64,000 nucleotides of DNA from Phoronis australis (taxonomy: Eukaryota > Animalia > Phoronida), in the NCBI GenBank assembly GCA_002633005.1, contig NMRA01000069.1, positions 974,990 through 1,038,989 of the forward strand. The letters are read 5' to 3'. The notes beneath the pieces were generated by a model, which was not told the DNA's origin, made no database searches, and saw only the letters and a list, made by a program, of their open reading frames with translations. Both the position numbers and the translations under genes were made by a program. This document shows positions 12,436-25,894 of this stretch, in pieces (position 1 is the stretch's first letter; each line of letters starts with the position of its first letter).

Positions 12436-15400
12436 CTGTGAAAATAGACATTTGAGGAATTTAAAATCAGATGTCGCCAGCCATTCATATCAGCGGAAAT
12501 GTTTGATTTGCCGGCAACAGTGTTTTGTATACTTAAGTACGCGTTCTCTTGTAATCACTGCCACATCACAAGCTCGAACATTACAATTTTAAATGGTGAA
12601 TCAAGCGAAATGAAGAATAAAACAAATCAACTTTTCGTCAGTGATAATGAAATAAGTAAATTATACCCAAACCTTATTTACGCCACTCGTTATTAAAATC
12701 CCAAGATCGAATATACAACTTCATTGAATCGGTTCAAGCAGACTGGTAAGGTCGATGCACAATGGATGGGACCGACATGTCAATCAAAAAAATAACTAAC
12801 CTATCAAAAGATCCGCCCCCTTGCGAAATGTCGACAAACAATAGCTTTTACCCTGCAACCTGTTATTTGTCGGGTAAAATAACGATTGGAAATGAAGGTG
12901 TATCAAGAATGCTGCGTTCTGATTGGTCAGTTAAGCCGTCACTCCAAGTCCAGGCGATAGGCCAATTCCAGCCAATCAGAACGTAAACTTGACGGTAGTG
13001 CGATATCTTTGTCCCACAAACATTGGTTGCAAACAAAATCATAAAAATGTGTTACGACGCGTTTGATGGAGCACTTGCAATGCAGGTCAACACTTTGCAG
13101 ACCACGAATGAAGAAAAGTGGGTATCTACATGCAGCAGACGTCATGATCAGTTGAATATACGTCTAAATAAAGAAACTTAAGATGAAATTACGTCACCTT
13201 CATAATGTTTCACAAACACCTTCTTATTTGTTTTTTCTAAACAAAAGTATCTGATGAGAATTGGCAATTAAACAAGGAAAACATATGCGTTGACAATGGA
13301 TGTGACTGAGCGGAAACGTGGCGGTGTCGAAAACTGAAAACACTTTATTTTTCCTAACACTAGACTACCAGTGATACTAATAAGCCCAAAGTGCAGTCGG
13401 ATTGAGGCGAAGTAATTTCCCCACCATCAGTTGAGCTATGAATAGGCTTGCCGAAAGACTTGTCCCAGATCTTGTCCCAGAGCATAGCACAATTCCAAGT
13501 GAAAACATGTAGCCGCACGCGTTTTGGCTATTTGCAACTTTGGCTAACATAACATCTGACAACTTCAAGTGTCAGTGGGCTGGAAGTAATCTACCAATGG
13601 GCTCAAGAACTTGGGATCGTCAATATACCACTAACTGCAACGATTCGTTTGCTTCCCCAATACCAATTTTAATAACGTGCCTCTGTGTGATAACAGTTCA
13701 AGAGAAATATCATCAAAATGCATCGCAGAGAATATCTTCCGATGTTACCCTTATAAGGATTTCTGCCTTAGGGCTTTGCGTCGGGCTACCGTCGCTACAA
13801 TAAATATTATGTACAAAGCCTCACCCTGATTGACGGAACTATCCATTCCTACAAAAATGAAACCTATTCTTTCCCACATTGTTTCATATTCCAAGTTCTC
13901 TTTCTGACATGCGCAAAAAGGACACTAAAACCGCCAAGAAAAAAACAAACCGTTTAAAAATTTGACAGTCGCTCGTTTAAATTGAATTTCATCTCGGCAG
14001 AAAACTATTAACTCAAAATCGTTGCTTCACAATATGCCTTGATGCTTTTCCCATTAATACTTAGAAAGTACATAAATGGGTGTTTCGCAATACCAAGTGA
14101 GAAAATCAGTAGGGGGCGCTTGAGTTTGTTTGAAAATAGAGAGAGAGAAAACGGTACTTACATTTGATGCAAAGATCGTGATTAAGTCAGGAAAAATGAC
14201 ATGCAAGTATTGTTGAAGAAACAATAATGAATACTGATCACTAATTCTCAAACATTAGTATGCCTTTTATACATTAGTGAGACTTAAGTTTATGGGCTTG
14301 GTTTGAACTCACAAACAAAGTGATGAACTGCTAAGCTAACTCTAAAAACGCAATTTCCAGTAAGCTAACTTGTATTGGAGGCATTGCGTAAAACATTTGT
14401 TAGAAGCAGCAGCTCGACTCTCAGGCAATTAAAAGAGAAGGCTAAAACTATTACGTTTAATAATTTCTTCGAAATTGAAGCCAAAAGAAAGTAATTAAAC
14501 CCAAGACCTAGTTAAAACCAAAGTGGCATCAGAGGTTGCGATTTTTCCTGCAGTCTGCAATTTCAAGAACATTACATCAAATGAGTGTTGTTTTGTAGCA
14601 GCGTCCAGAATTGCAGTGAATTCCAGGCAAATTCTAATACAATTTGCTACAAAAATAAGCAAAAGCTTACACGAGGGCGAATATACTATTGCATGTCCTC
14701 TAAATTCAGGTACTCTACTAGTCTTTCATATAACTGGTATCGACTCGTTATTATTAAGTGCTTTGTGAGCAAGGACGAATTAATAAGAGATTCAGCGCAA
14801 TTTACTACAAAGCCGTAAAGTAGTCGTTATTTTACGACGTTGTCCTATCAGTAATTTCTTATTACAAGTAATATACGTAATTTAAAAATATTGAATTTGT
14901 TTTTATTACTAAACCGATAAATGCATGTATTAGCGTCAAATTTTCGGTGGCGTCATACTAAACAGAAGAGCAGGCATAAGCAGACGCATCATGGAGTAGA
15001 AATGCACACTTGATTTTATTAAAAAAATAATCTCGTTTTAATTTATTCACGTCAACAAAACTTGATATCAACTTCCAAACGACATAACACAATCGCTATC
15101 TAATAAAAAGCATTGGGGAAATTGATTACAATCCGTTTGAAAACGGAATAATTTTGAGTCACAATGCCAGAATTAAGTTTTAACGGATTTGATTATGTTT
15201 CCCGGCTTGCGGATTTTTTAGGTCGTCGTAAGAGAATACCATTTTTTGGTTCCGAGTCCACCGAAGTTTAGCATTTTGTCGTTTGCAAAAAGTGACACCG
15301 TGAGTTTTTGATGCCTTATTTTGGTGTCTCACTTGTTTGTTACAAAAGGCATGAAATTAAGTTGGTACATATGCGTGTAAAAATCGGCTGTCCGATAATC

Positions 15401-15980
15401 ATAGAAGAAACAACTAGGGTGTTGAATTGTAGGATTTGGGAAGAGAAGTGATCATGCTTAGAGCGAGTGACGCGTGCACGTGAAAGGCAAAGTTCTTTAA
15501 AGCGCGGGAATATCTACCACAACAGAGCAATTCAACAAAATACCAGGGAGACGTGTTTTTGTTTTTCTTGATCTAAAACAAGTTAACAGGTACAGCGCAT
15601 TAATTACAATGGCGGCCTTAAAGAAATTCTTGAATCTTTCGAAATGTCCAGCTGAGATACAGAAACAACACTTGTCTAAAATAATGGACTTGACTTATCT
15701 TGGAATAGAACAATTAGTTTATGGTAATTCTATTTTCACTTTCAACTTTAGTTGAATATTTCTTTTCATTTATGAATACAATAGACACAGAATAACGAAA
15801 TGCACGACATGAATTAGATATCAGGCAGGCGATTAAAATTGATTACCACATCAAAAGTAAGAGATATCAATTTTTAAGAACACAACAGAGTTGCTATCCT
15901 AGTACCAGTTTTTGACACATGTAAGTCACAACAAAGCAATCAGGATAATCAACTTTATCACTTTTCTTTCGCTTCCTTAC

Positions 15981-16177
15981 CTCCTCGAAATCAATTTTCT
16001 TTTCAATACTTGGTGAAGGAGAGTTAGAATGGGCCTTTTGCGGGGACAGTTTTGCCATGTCGGCGTGGAAAGCGTTAGCATTTGACGAGAAGTGATTATT
16101 TTGTATTCCTTGCAACTGATTCGCTAACTTGTTGGGATCAAAGCGCGACTGGATTCCCATACTCTCCAAAACACGAT
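15981..16177 (-). CDS. PCLO: Piccolo-like exon 13
   Basis: ttttcag|DRVLESMGIQSRFDPNKLANQLQ...EE|gtaagg; phase 1-0. Confidence 0.82.
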
Positions 16178-16689
16178 CTGAAAAGAATGTTGCGTTGTAG
16201 TAACTTAATCGCATGCAAAAATAAACGATAAAGGCAATGCACCGTCATGAAACAAAGGCCTCCGTTTGTTTAGAGTCTAATAAAAGCAAGTAACAACAGA
16301 TGCATACATCTTCAAATAATCCTACCCATGCGTCGAGCCATGCAGTAGTTAGTAAACGCTTGGCAAAATTTGTTTCAAGTCAGCACTGGTCCTTGTAGTG
16401 AAGTCAAGCTTGATGTTTCACAAGATTTTACTAGATGTGTTCACTGAGATTTGACAGTCAAATGAAAAGTAACATATTGCCAGACTAGCTGATGATAAAA
16501 TGATTCTGAAACAACGAGTCTGTATCAAATTTGACGGGTAATATTTATTCATACCATCGGTTACTTGTGTTTTTGTAGGTGAACTTCAGCAACATACATC
16601 ATATACACCTATAAGTTAAAAGCTCATGGGTTCTACACCAAATGGAAACGTGAAAAAGACTATGTTTTGGGTTTCTTTACAGAACTTAC

Positions 16690-16823
16690 CGCAATCATCG
16701 TAGTCACTAACACTCGTGTCCAGATTATCATACGACGATCTCATACTAGCGGTTGGATCAGTCACAGCTAGGGGCGTACTGGCGCTTGAAGTGGTCGAAC
16801 ACTGGCTTCCCATGTAAGTACCC
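16690..16823 (-). CDS. PCLO: Piccolo-like exon 12
   Basis: caacag|...MGSQCSTTSSAS...DYDDC G|gtaagt; phase 2-1. Confidence 0.82.
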
Positions 16824-18117
16824 CTGTTGCAAGAATCATAAAAATATTTAAATCTTACGAGTGTATCTGCAGGTCACTCTTTGAGTAAAGAGCTATATCC
16901 CCCGCTCTGCTTGAGCATTGCTCATGCGCTGCACAAATGTTGCTCATCCACATTTTATTATGTATTGACGACGTCGACATATTCACACATTCTAGGAATA
17001 CAAACAAAAATTGGAACAATGCGTAGGACTTTTTCGATGCACTTAAACAACACATAAATTTTGAAGTTCTTTGTCGCGTTTTAAATGCCAATTTGTTTAT
17101 GTTGTCAAAAGACATTATCCGTGGCTGTTGTTCTAAAAATAAAAACTTAGCTTAACTGGCAATTTAAGCGTCCGAAATTCACCACTGTACGGCATTAACG
17201 ATGGTTTGCCGTAATTTGCCACCAAAATCCGCCCTGCAATAAGCCTCGAACTTAGTTTTTCTCGGCCTATCAGCTCAGGTTTCATCCCATCTCTCTTGTT
17301 CCCTTTCTATGTGAAATCAACATAACCTCGTCGTTTGCTTGCGCCCTCTCATGGAAGCTGCGCAAAGATGCCTCGGAATACAGATCCTGACACAAACTAA
17401 CAGGGAGCATTAGTTTCAGACGCGTATCAGGCAAATCATGATTCATGTTCTTAGTGATTTGGTAGTGCTTTTCGTGTGTTTGAACTTCACCCAGAAACAC
17501 ATGGGCTTTTGGTCTAATGCACCACACAAGCCCACGGCACTTATGCCTAGCCAATTCCGTTTCCCGTACCTCCTCATAAAAGCTCATGTTAAGATAAAAC
17601 CAATAAAAGTTACCGTAAGGAATATATATTGGAGTTTGAGAATATCAAGGGACAGTTATAACACTTTATAAATCAAATTATCTGAAATAACACGGACAAT
17701 GACAACAAAAAACAAAATAAGGCATAACAATTCCAAAGTGCGTGTAGGCAATCTGGTACACGGGTTTGAAGTTTGGTCACCGTGTACGTATGGAGCATTT
17801 TTAGGGCGTGTGTGTAATTTAAGGGAGCGGATCAAGGGGTTGTGTACTGATGGTCCAAAATCGTAGCTGAATTTTGGAGGCAAGACTATGACGTCACTTC
17901 CACATCTTGATTATGACGAGTTTTGAAACACTTGGAATATTCCACCTGGTCACTACTCCTTCCAGGGTGGGTTTCACGGGGGGGTTGTGGGCTGTCAGAC
18001 TTATATCTCCTACTTTGAAGTAATTGAAACTTAGACCCCCCCAATAAACCCTTCAATATAACGTTAAAAGAATAGACACATGCTCGGAAGTGTACTTTGA
18101 AGTATGTTATTACTCAC

Positions 18118-18226
18118 ATCCGTATTACGAGTTCAACTTCGCCACACTTCTGGTCAATGATTTTTTGAACTTGCTCGTAACTTTTACCTGTCAAATTCAA
18201 GCCGTTCCATTCCAATATTTGATCAC
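18118..18226 (-). CDS. PCLO: Piccolo-like exon 11 (end of PDZ)
   Basis: GDQILEWNGLNLTGKSYEQVQKIIDQKCGEVELVIR; ttacag| and |gtgagt; phase 1-2. Confidence 0.93.
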
Positions 18227-19459
18227 CTGTAAGAAAAATATGCCATTATACACGAACGACGTCTCATCTGGATGAGCTGTCAACCTTTCCAGACGACAAA
18301 TGTTCAGAAACTGTAGAGGATGGACTACATCAATTTACTTTCTAAAACGAAACCTCATTAAATCACCAAGGAAATTCAAGGTTGCACAGACACTATGTTG
18401 CAAAAGGCAATTAAGAAATCCGCGGAACGAACGACAGATGCAATTCATCATATATATGTGACAGAGCTCAAGAATCCAGTCGAATCAATTACTTAGGAAA
18501 ATTCGACAAAACTATCAACTCCGGACGTCTCTCTTGATTTTCTATTATATTCTATTTTCAAATTAACTTCCGACAATAATAATGTACATAATGATACAGT
18601 GTATATACAGGGTCCAATAATAAGTTCAACATCAATGTGCAACGTTTGAGAACCGTGCTATCAAAGGTCCGGTCTTAGATGAGACGGTCGTAACTTTGCT
18701 GCACACAGTTTATTAGTTTGACTCATCTCGTATAAGAAATATCAACTTAACGCCTCGTGTACAGTGTTTCTCACTTGTAAAAAATACAGCGCTGAATGAC
18801 GTCCCTACGACCGTCTTAACTACAACAGGTCGCACGATCTTTCGAAAAACAAACAGACCCAGATTCATGACAGCACCGCTGAGTGAGAATCGAGAAATTA
18901 AAGCAGAACCAATCCCACTTTCTGTCTAGGAAACTAATTTTTGTGTTAGACCAATCACCCTTATGAAATTGGCCTGGACTTGTTCTGTTCCTTACTTATT
19001 TTTTTCTTTTTGTTTAGAGTTTGGAATGAAATTACACTTCTACATGTATATTGCTCGAGACCAGGCTTAAGCAGTGACGAATTGGCGAGTCCGCGCCAAG
19101 GAACAGGATCTTAAGATTAAAGAACAAACGAAGATCAGTTTTACAACGCCAAATGGCCTAAAGCAAGTTACTCTTTTTGACTGAAGTTGCGTTTATAACG
19201 ACTTAACACTACCGATGTCATCTCTAAGCTCCAGTCTGATCAGCGTCATCCAGGACACCTCAATATTTTTCCAGCGGAATTGAGCATTATCGGCGCATCT
19301 GCGAACTTCAATCATACGGCCAGACGTCCTCCAGTTTGAAAGCCACACGACTTGACGGACTGAAGACCAGATCTGCGCAGATAACGTTCAACTCCGCGAG
19401 GATATTTCAGACAACGAAAATACTCGCGCAATTCCGGAAAATAAGCGTGCCATCCTTAC

Positions 19460-19588
19460 CTTCCTGTACTTCTCCATTTAGTCTATCGACAACACCTCCA
19501 GGATAAATAGCAGCTACATAAGCACCAATTTCTTGATTTGTTCCAGGAACGTAATTACCTCCAATTATCTTCATACCAATTCCATTTC
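19460..19588 (-). CDS. PCLO: Piccolo-like exon 10 (PDZ)
   Basis: GNGIGMKIIGGNYVPGTNQEIGAYVAAIYPGG, a Piccolo-type PDZ; phase 1-1. Confidence 0.93.
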
Positions 19589-19814
19589 CTAAAGACACAG
19601 CAAAATGCCAATAGTCGTGTGCCATTACAACGTTTGACATGAGTGTGAATCGCACTGGTATTGATTGTGGAATAACAGCAGGTCCTGTACCATTATTTAA
19701 TACCATATTCAAAGATTGAATGAACGATGCTATCAAACGCTTTTAACAATTCAATAAATCAATTACAGGTAGACATGGACGTTTACACATAGAAAAAAGT
19801 ACTGAAGTACATAC

Positions 19815-19890
19815 CTTTCTTGTCCTTAGGATCTTGGGTAAGTAAAATTCGTTTGGTTGGAAACTGGTATTTCATAGGTTGTGATGGTGT
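19815..19890 (-). CDS. PCLO: Piccolo-like exon 9 (start of PDZ)
   Basis: TPSQPMKYQFPTKRILLTQDPKDKK resembles the Piccolo Y-FP--RI-ITRD-KD segment; phase 0-1. Confidence 0.88.
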
Positions 19891-20128
19891 CTGTAGCGAA
19901 AATGAATCAAAATTTTTATAGTTCAAGATACAGTTACAATTGTCACAGTGCATTTCTAAATTTCGTATTCATATTCAGTTCGACAGTTTTTATACTAAAA
20001 TAGAAAAATTGTTACTTTATAAGAGATAGTGAAAAACATGAAATAATAAAAAAGCAGGACACTTTTCCTGAAGTATAGAGAATTTGATTTACACAGGACA
20101 AAGGGGATACAATGGATTAGGATCATAC

Positions 20129-20247
20129 CGAAGGCTTTCTCGTTTGTGACGAGTGTAATATCGTGACACCGCCCTCTGTCATTCTGTCCATGATACGCTC
20201 ATCGGGATCACCAAAGCTGTTGTCGCTACTTCCACCAGCCATGTCTC
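20129..20247 (-). CDS. PCLO: Piccolo-like exon 8
   Basis: cttcag|GDMAGGSSDNSFGDPDERIMDRMTEGGVTILH...|gtatga; phase 1-0. Confidence 0.8.
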
Positions 20248-20867
20248 CTGAAGTTTCAGACGGTTAATCAATACTTATTCATATACAGCAGGCGTATTTC
20301 AAAAACTTTCTAAACAAAAACAAGACGCATCGACAAAGTAGTTATACTAGAAATCTTCTAGTGCTAAACTTAAATATGTGAATCAGCAGGTTCACAAGCC
20401 ACCCGATTGACATGATTTAAGTTTACGTCATCAGTGTTTATTGCATATTATACTGAAGGAAAATAGGTCAACAAACACTTCGTAAAAGAATTCAAGAAGT
20501 AATTACTCGCTTCGTGACAGCTGAGTCACGTGATCAGAAGACATCGTTACCAAGGATGCATACGGTAAGGCGGGGTTGCCGTCCTTTAAATATTATTCCT
20601 TTCCTGTCACCCTGTACTCACTGCTGGTAGATGGTTCAGTCGGTAGGTAAACTAATTATTTTTTCCGGTTTTCGTTGCGGAGCGCTCTAATTTGCCTAGC
20701 AAGAAACATGCCATTGAAAATAATTGGATCGCTACGCCAGAATATTGAATTATGGGAAGAAGGTACGCAAACATTCAAAATTCTCCTTAAGTCGTGATTT
20801 CTCACTGCAAGGGTGTTACTGCAAGGGTGTTACTGCAAGTGTCCCTGTTTTTCATTTGCAGACTTAC

Positions 20868-21430
20868 CTTGAAACTGTAACATCTGGTCGTAATCTTCTG
20901 ATATTGGTCTCGATCTCTGTTCAGCTTGCGGCCTTCTTAATACTGGGTTAATCATACTATGCGGTCTTTGGTCACCGTGCGGACTACTTTCGTTATCAGT
21001 CATGATGGGAGAATAATCCGAGAAACCTTCGAATGGGGCGGGTAAGTCAAAGTCTCTGTGATGCGCATGCCTTTCGCTCAACAACGTACTATTTGGTATC
21101 CCTGAATCTTTACTCTCACAGAACGAGTACGGGTGACCACCGGCGGAGAGGCTTCGCATGTACTGCTCACGTGGCGACATCAGGCAGAAGTCATCCGTAA
21201 TGTCGCTGAAGCTACCACGGTCGCTTCGATGCGCGATATATTCAGACGAGCTGTAGTTATCTTGATCATAGAGTCCACCTCCAGACCGCCTCCAAAAAAC
21301 CATATCACGGCTAAGGCTATCAAGTCCCTTCTCTGAGAGCACCTCCCTGTCGTCCAGCGGTCGAATAATGCCGGACTTCTCCGATGAGCTGTCAACATTG
21401 TCGCGTGATCTACTTATATGCTCTTGGTAT
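20868..21430 (-). CDS. PCLO: Piccolo-like exon 7
   Basis: Within the 208-aa ORF; ttttaag|A phase 2; G|gtaagt phase 1. Confidence 0.85.
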
Positions 21431-22776
21431 CTTAAAAAGAAACCGAACACAATCACAGAGTGCTAAAAACGGCAACACCAGTTTTCTGTCGACGTAAGTA
21501 TGTTATAAAGTTTGCTTAAGTGACATAGTGGAGGGTGTGGTTGAGCAATAATTGAATGTTTACTCTGTACATGCACGCAGACTAACACTTCAACAAAGAC
21601 ATTTTCAAGCCACTAAATCAAGCGAATATCTATACGCTGGCGAATAATTTCTCGACTGAATTAGATTTTCAAAGAAACAATTTCATAATCTGTCTTGCAA
21701 CATTTTGTACTATGGGAAGTTTAGACGTCCATTATCAAAGTCTCTTCAAGCTTGTTGACTGAACCTCACATAATGACTTCAGTCTAAAAATTAGCAAAAC
21801 ATGCACGTTTCTTTCCGTATCTCTAAACGACGCTTGCAGAAAACTCCAAACTATTACCTACACGTATGAACAGAATAAGTGTTTTATAATGATCACACAA
21901 TTTATAAGAAAGCATCAACACAAAGTGAATGCAATATTGGAGCCTACTTCAACTCAGTAAAGCTAGCTGCTACTCTATACAGTTTGATTTTGCCTTACAT
22001 CTCAGGTTAAATGCGACCAGTTCAACCATAATGGACCTGAGTGTACGTCAAACAATCCAACAGCAAGATAAAATGTCAAATGTAAGGGCACTTCAAGACA
22101 AAAATTAACTGCCAGTAGAAGAAATCAATTCCAAGCACAAGCCAAAATGTTCAAAGGAGTATAAATCACAGAAGAGTTCAGTTCAACTGAACGCTTTGAC
22201 TCACCTATTGAATAAGCACTGTAGGCGGCATCTATTTAGGAATAGTCTACGAGTTTAGTACATTTCTAGTTGCGTCACCCTCAACTAAACGACAAACCGT
22301 TTACTGTTTACCTTACGCTTGTCTAAATTGCTGAATTATGGGAAATGCACATCCTCAACTCATCCTGTGTGCGTTCCGTAGGGGCGAAAGTCTCGCAAAA
22401 CCGCAAGATCGAGCAAACCTTCATGCGTTACCGCCATACATTGCAAGCTAAGCACGTGACGACATTAGCTTTACTCCCCGGCGAGATACTTGCGTCTACG
22501 GAACCCAGCCCCGGCGTACTCTTGCATACCCCCACAATTTGTCATTCCAGGTATATGTAAGAACCGCAAAAGGTCAAAATGTTAACACTGTGCCTGGCAC
22601 TGCTTGTCCCTTCCGTTATTAAGCCAGCACCCAGCAGGGCTAACGTTTGGGCTGGTAATTTTCCATTCATGTAACAGAAATGCTGTAAGAAGTCTGATGT
22701 TTGAATCGCAAATTCAAATTATTATTACCTTACATGGTGTAAAATGTCAGTTATACAGTAGGCCTACCAGTTTCGC

Positions 22777-23009
22777 AAACATTTCTAAGTCTGGTCTGCA
22801 CGCCACCTGTGGCCACATCACGTGATCTAATGAATATAAGTCTGAAAATATGTCTGCCCCAACCGGGATTCGAACCCGAGACCTTTTGCACGGTTAGCAG
22901 AAGTTCCCGGGTTCGTGTCCCAGTTGCGGCAGAAATCTTTTCAGACTTACATTCATTAGGTCACGTCATGTGGCCACAGGTGGCTTGCTGACCAGACTGT
23001 GAAATGTTT
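22777..23009. repeat. About 230-bp inverted repeat with tRNA-like B boxes in both arms (SINE-derived hairpin)
   Basis: Arms of about 110 bp are reverse complements; gggattcgaacc (left) and gggttcgtgtccc (right). Confidence 0.8.
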
Positions 23010-24158
23010 ACCATACAAATTTACACACCGGTTTAAGATTTATATATATTTATATACATTACCAGTTTATGATCTCATTCGACTTAAAAACACTGCGTTT
23101 GAAATACGCCAAAGCCATCCCTCACACGCATAAATTCACTCATCAATGCCAAGTAAATTGTTAATCCCTTATTCAAACAGCTTGCATTGCCCAGGTAGAG
23201 TAGACACCAAAAGTTACCAGAACTCTAGGTATAGATCACGTGGAAAAGTCTTTCAAGCATTTAAATTCAACTTTGTAATGGTTATTTTAAAAATGCGATG
23301 GAATTTCTTCCATGAAGTGAAATCCACTAAAAGAGTTTAATCTCCTTTAAATAGATATAGCTAAATCATGTCATTTTCAACCATTTTAATAAGGAATCCA
23401 AAGTAGCCAGAAGGCCATTTTAAGGACATGACAGACGTACATTAACGAGAATTTCATCGAACACCCCATCCCCTGGAAATTATCCAAATATGGACCCATG
23501 GTACGATCATAGGAGTAAGAGTTAACCATTTCAGAGTTTGTGGATTTCCAGTGCCAGGGTGTGTCAGACAATAACTTAAACACCAAAGTACGTCCTTCGA
23601 ACCCATATCTCTTACACGTCTATATCGACTAAGCAACAGAAAGGCATACATCAATCTGTTAGAAAAAATTCTCCTCGCTCAGTGATGGCATGTTTCACAA
23701 GGCAATCACACATATTTGTGCCATGCTTCTAAACTTTGGCTGAGGCTGTCAAAGCCATAATAGTGTTAACTACCAGAAATTAGGCTCATTCACGTTTGCA
23801 GACAGCCATTGAGTTAGTCACTTGTTTAAAATGCCCATCTGTAACCATTATGACGTTGTAAGGAAGATATTTGTAAGTTGGTAAACACTCGTTACGACCT
23901 ATTGTATGGTGCATTTTTCGCTTATGGATCCCTGTGCTTATTCCATAGATAACAATGTGCCCCGTTTTCAGGTTATAGACGTTGAGACCTCCTGTCAGAA
24001 CTTCCCGGTAATTATACGTTCTATAAGCAGATCTTCAATGATTTCACATTCAGTAATAAGGTTCGTACCAGTCCTAAATCAGGAATAATTTCACTGCATA
24101 ACTTCTAACTGCTAAGCCCAATCACGTTTAATCATTTGAAGACGTAATAAATTCTTAC

Positions 24159-25894
24159 CTCGCCTTCACTTCGTTGAGGTATTCGGGGTTAATATCTGAA
24201 GATCCCATTGCATACACAAGCTCTTCTCTTAGGCGAGCATTATTCTCAATTTGTCTCTTCCTTTTGTCAATTTCTAGCTGAAGTTGCATCTTCCGTTGTT
24301 CCCTGAGTCTACCTTCGTCGTGAGCATTCAGAGAGTACGTTCTCATTGGTGTCCTTCGAGCGATGGAGACGTCTGAAAAGCTGGAAGATAGTCTGCTCCC
24401 TCTGACGGGAGGTCTTCCAGTTGTGAGAAACTCGCTAGATCGAGAAAGCTTCGGGTGGAAGGTGAAGTCAATTTGCTGAATATTGCTTCCAGGTGAGGTA
24501 CTTAGCATTTTCTTGGGAGAATACTTAGGTTCTTTGAACGCAGTTCTTGGAGAAGACGTCGGCGACAGAGTTGAACGAGATAACCGCTCTTCTACACCTC
24601 TGCCAAACCCCAGCCTGTAGTCCGAAGTGTACAGTGGCATCGACTGTATGCGATTGTCGCATTCCATGCGCTCTAGTTCATCCAATTTTGCCTGGATTTC
24701 AGCTTCAATATCTTTGTCTTCTCGTATTGGTGAAAAACGCAAGTCAGTGTTTGGTTTTGGACTCAGTCGCGACCGCCTTGGCGATGCCTGAGGCGATCGC
24801 AGAGGTGACAATTGCTCACCTCTTGACAAAGGCGACATCTCGCGAAACTCGCGACGATGCGACTTGGACTGGTTTTGGGGAGGACTGATGTCTATTGGCT
24901 GCGACACTGTTTTTGTTTGATTAATTGCATATCCTTTCTGTTCGATACTGTTAAGCTCTTTCGCAATTTCCATTCGCTTTTTCATTACCTCCCTCTGCTT
25001 GCTTTCTAACTGCCGAATTCCTTCCAGCTGCTTCTCAAGATGTCTTATCTCATCCAATTCATCCAGTTGCCTCCTCCGGGAATACGTCACGCTTCGTAGC
25101 TCTTCTTGCAGTTTCCGGTTCTGTTCACTTATCTTTACCGGTACTTGAAGGCCGCGTATATTGACCGTTTGAACCCTTCTTTTCGGACTTACTGTCTTAT
25201 TCTCTGTAACCGGAATCCTTCGAATGTGAGGTTGTGAGTGATCGTCAAGTTTGATTTCAACTATCTCTTCGTCAGTTTCACTTATTGACGAGGCACTAGC
25301 TTCCATGACGTCATTGGCAATGTTTTTACCGTTCTTTTTCGAGTCGATCGAGGACTGGTTCACATCATAGTCATAAATATTTGGAGTTGGACTGCAATCA
25401 CTATTGGGTCGTGTATTTGACGACTCTTCAAAACCTCCGCTTCTACGCGCATCTTTAGCCCAATTTGGGCGTTCTCTTTCAGGTTTATTCGCTCTGTTAA
25501 CGTCCCCTTCTCGTCCACGTCCTTGGTATTCCTCAAAACCGTTTAGTCTCCGGCTAATTCTAGCGTCCACAACCTTGTGTTCTCTAACAATACTCGGACT
25601 CTTTTGCGCATCCTCTTGTCTTTGGTTTGTTGTCGTGCGAGGGCTTTGTCTAGAATCACGAAGAGGTTGAGGACTTTGTTTGCCCCCCGGTTCTGTTGTC
25701 TTCGTGACTCGTCGTGTTTGCGTGGCGTCTGTTTTTGGACTACGTCGATCCATTATTACTTGTTTATCTGACTGACGTACACAATCAGGTGCATTCTGGT
25801 CTCTCCTGTCAGGTTTCGCAACAGGTCGTGACACGTTGTTTTGGTGTTCCTCGGATGAAGAACGTACCTTTCCGCGATTGTTCCTGGAGGCGCC
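24159..25894 (-). CDS. PCLO: Piccolo-like exon 6 (coiled-coil regions)
   Basis: Extends the 559-aa ORF; ttttccag| acceptor phase 0; AG|gtaaga donor phase 2; heptad-rich segments such as RQLDELDEIRHLEKQLEGIRQLE. Confidence 0.88.

Noticed and set aside
22855-22930. tRNA gene
   Set aside because: Only B-box/T-arm-like parts are present, with no complete cloverleaf; treated as SINE-derived.
23454-23655. Phase-compatible acceptor plus 66-codon ORF as an alternative terminal exon after exon 6
   Set aside because: Translation is not protein-like, and a phase match has a one-in-three chance; no other support.
24547-25771. Plus-strand ORFs antisense to the large exons (also 31835-33133 and 47842-48927)
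   Set aside because: Shadow ORFs of real coding sequence on the opposite strand.
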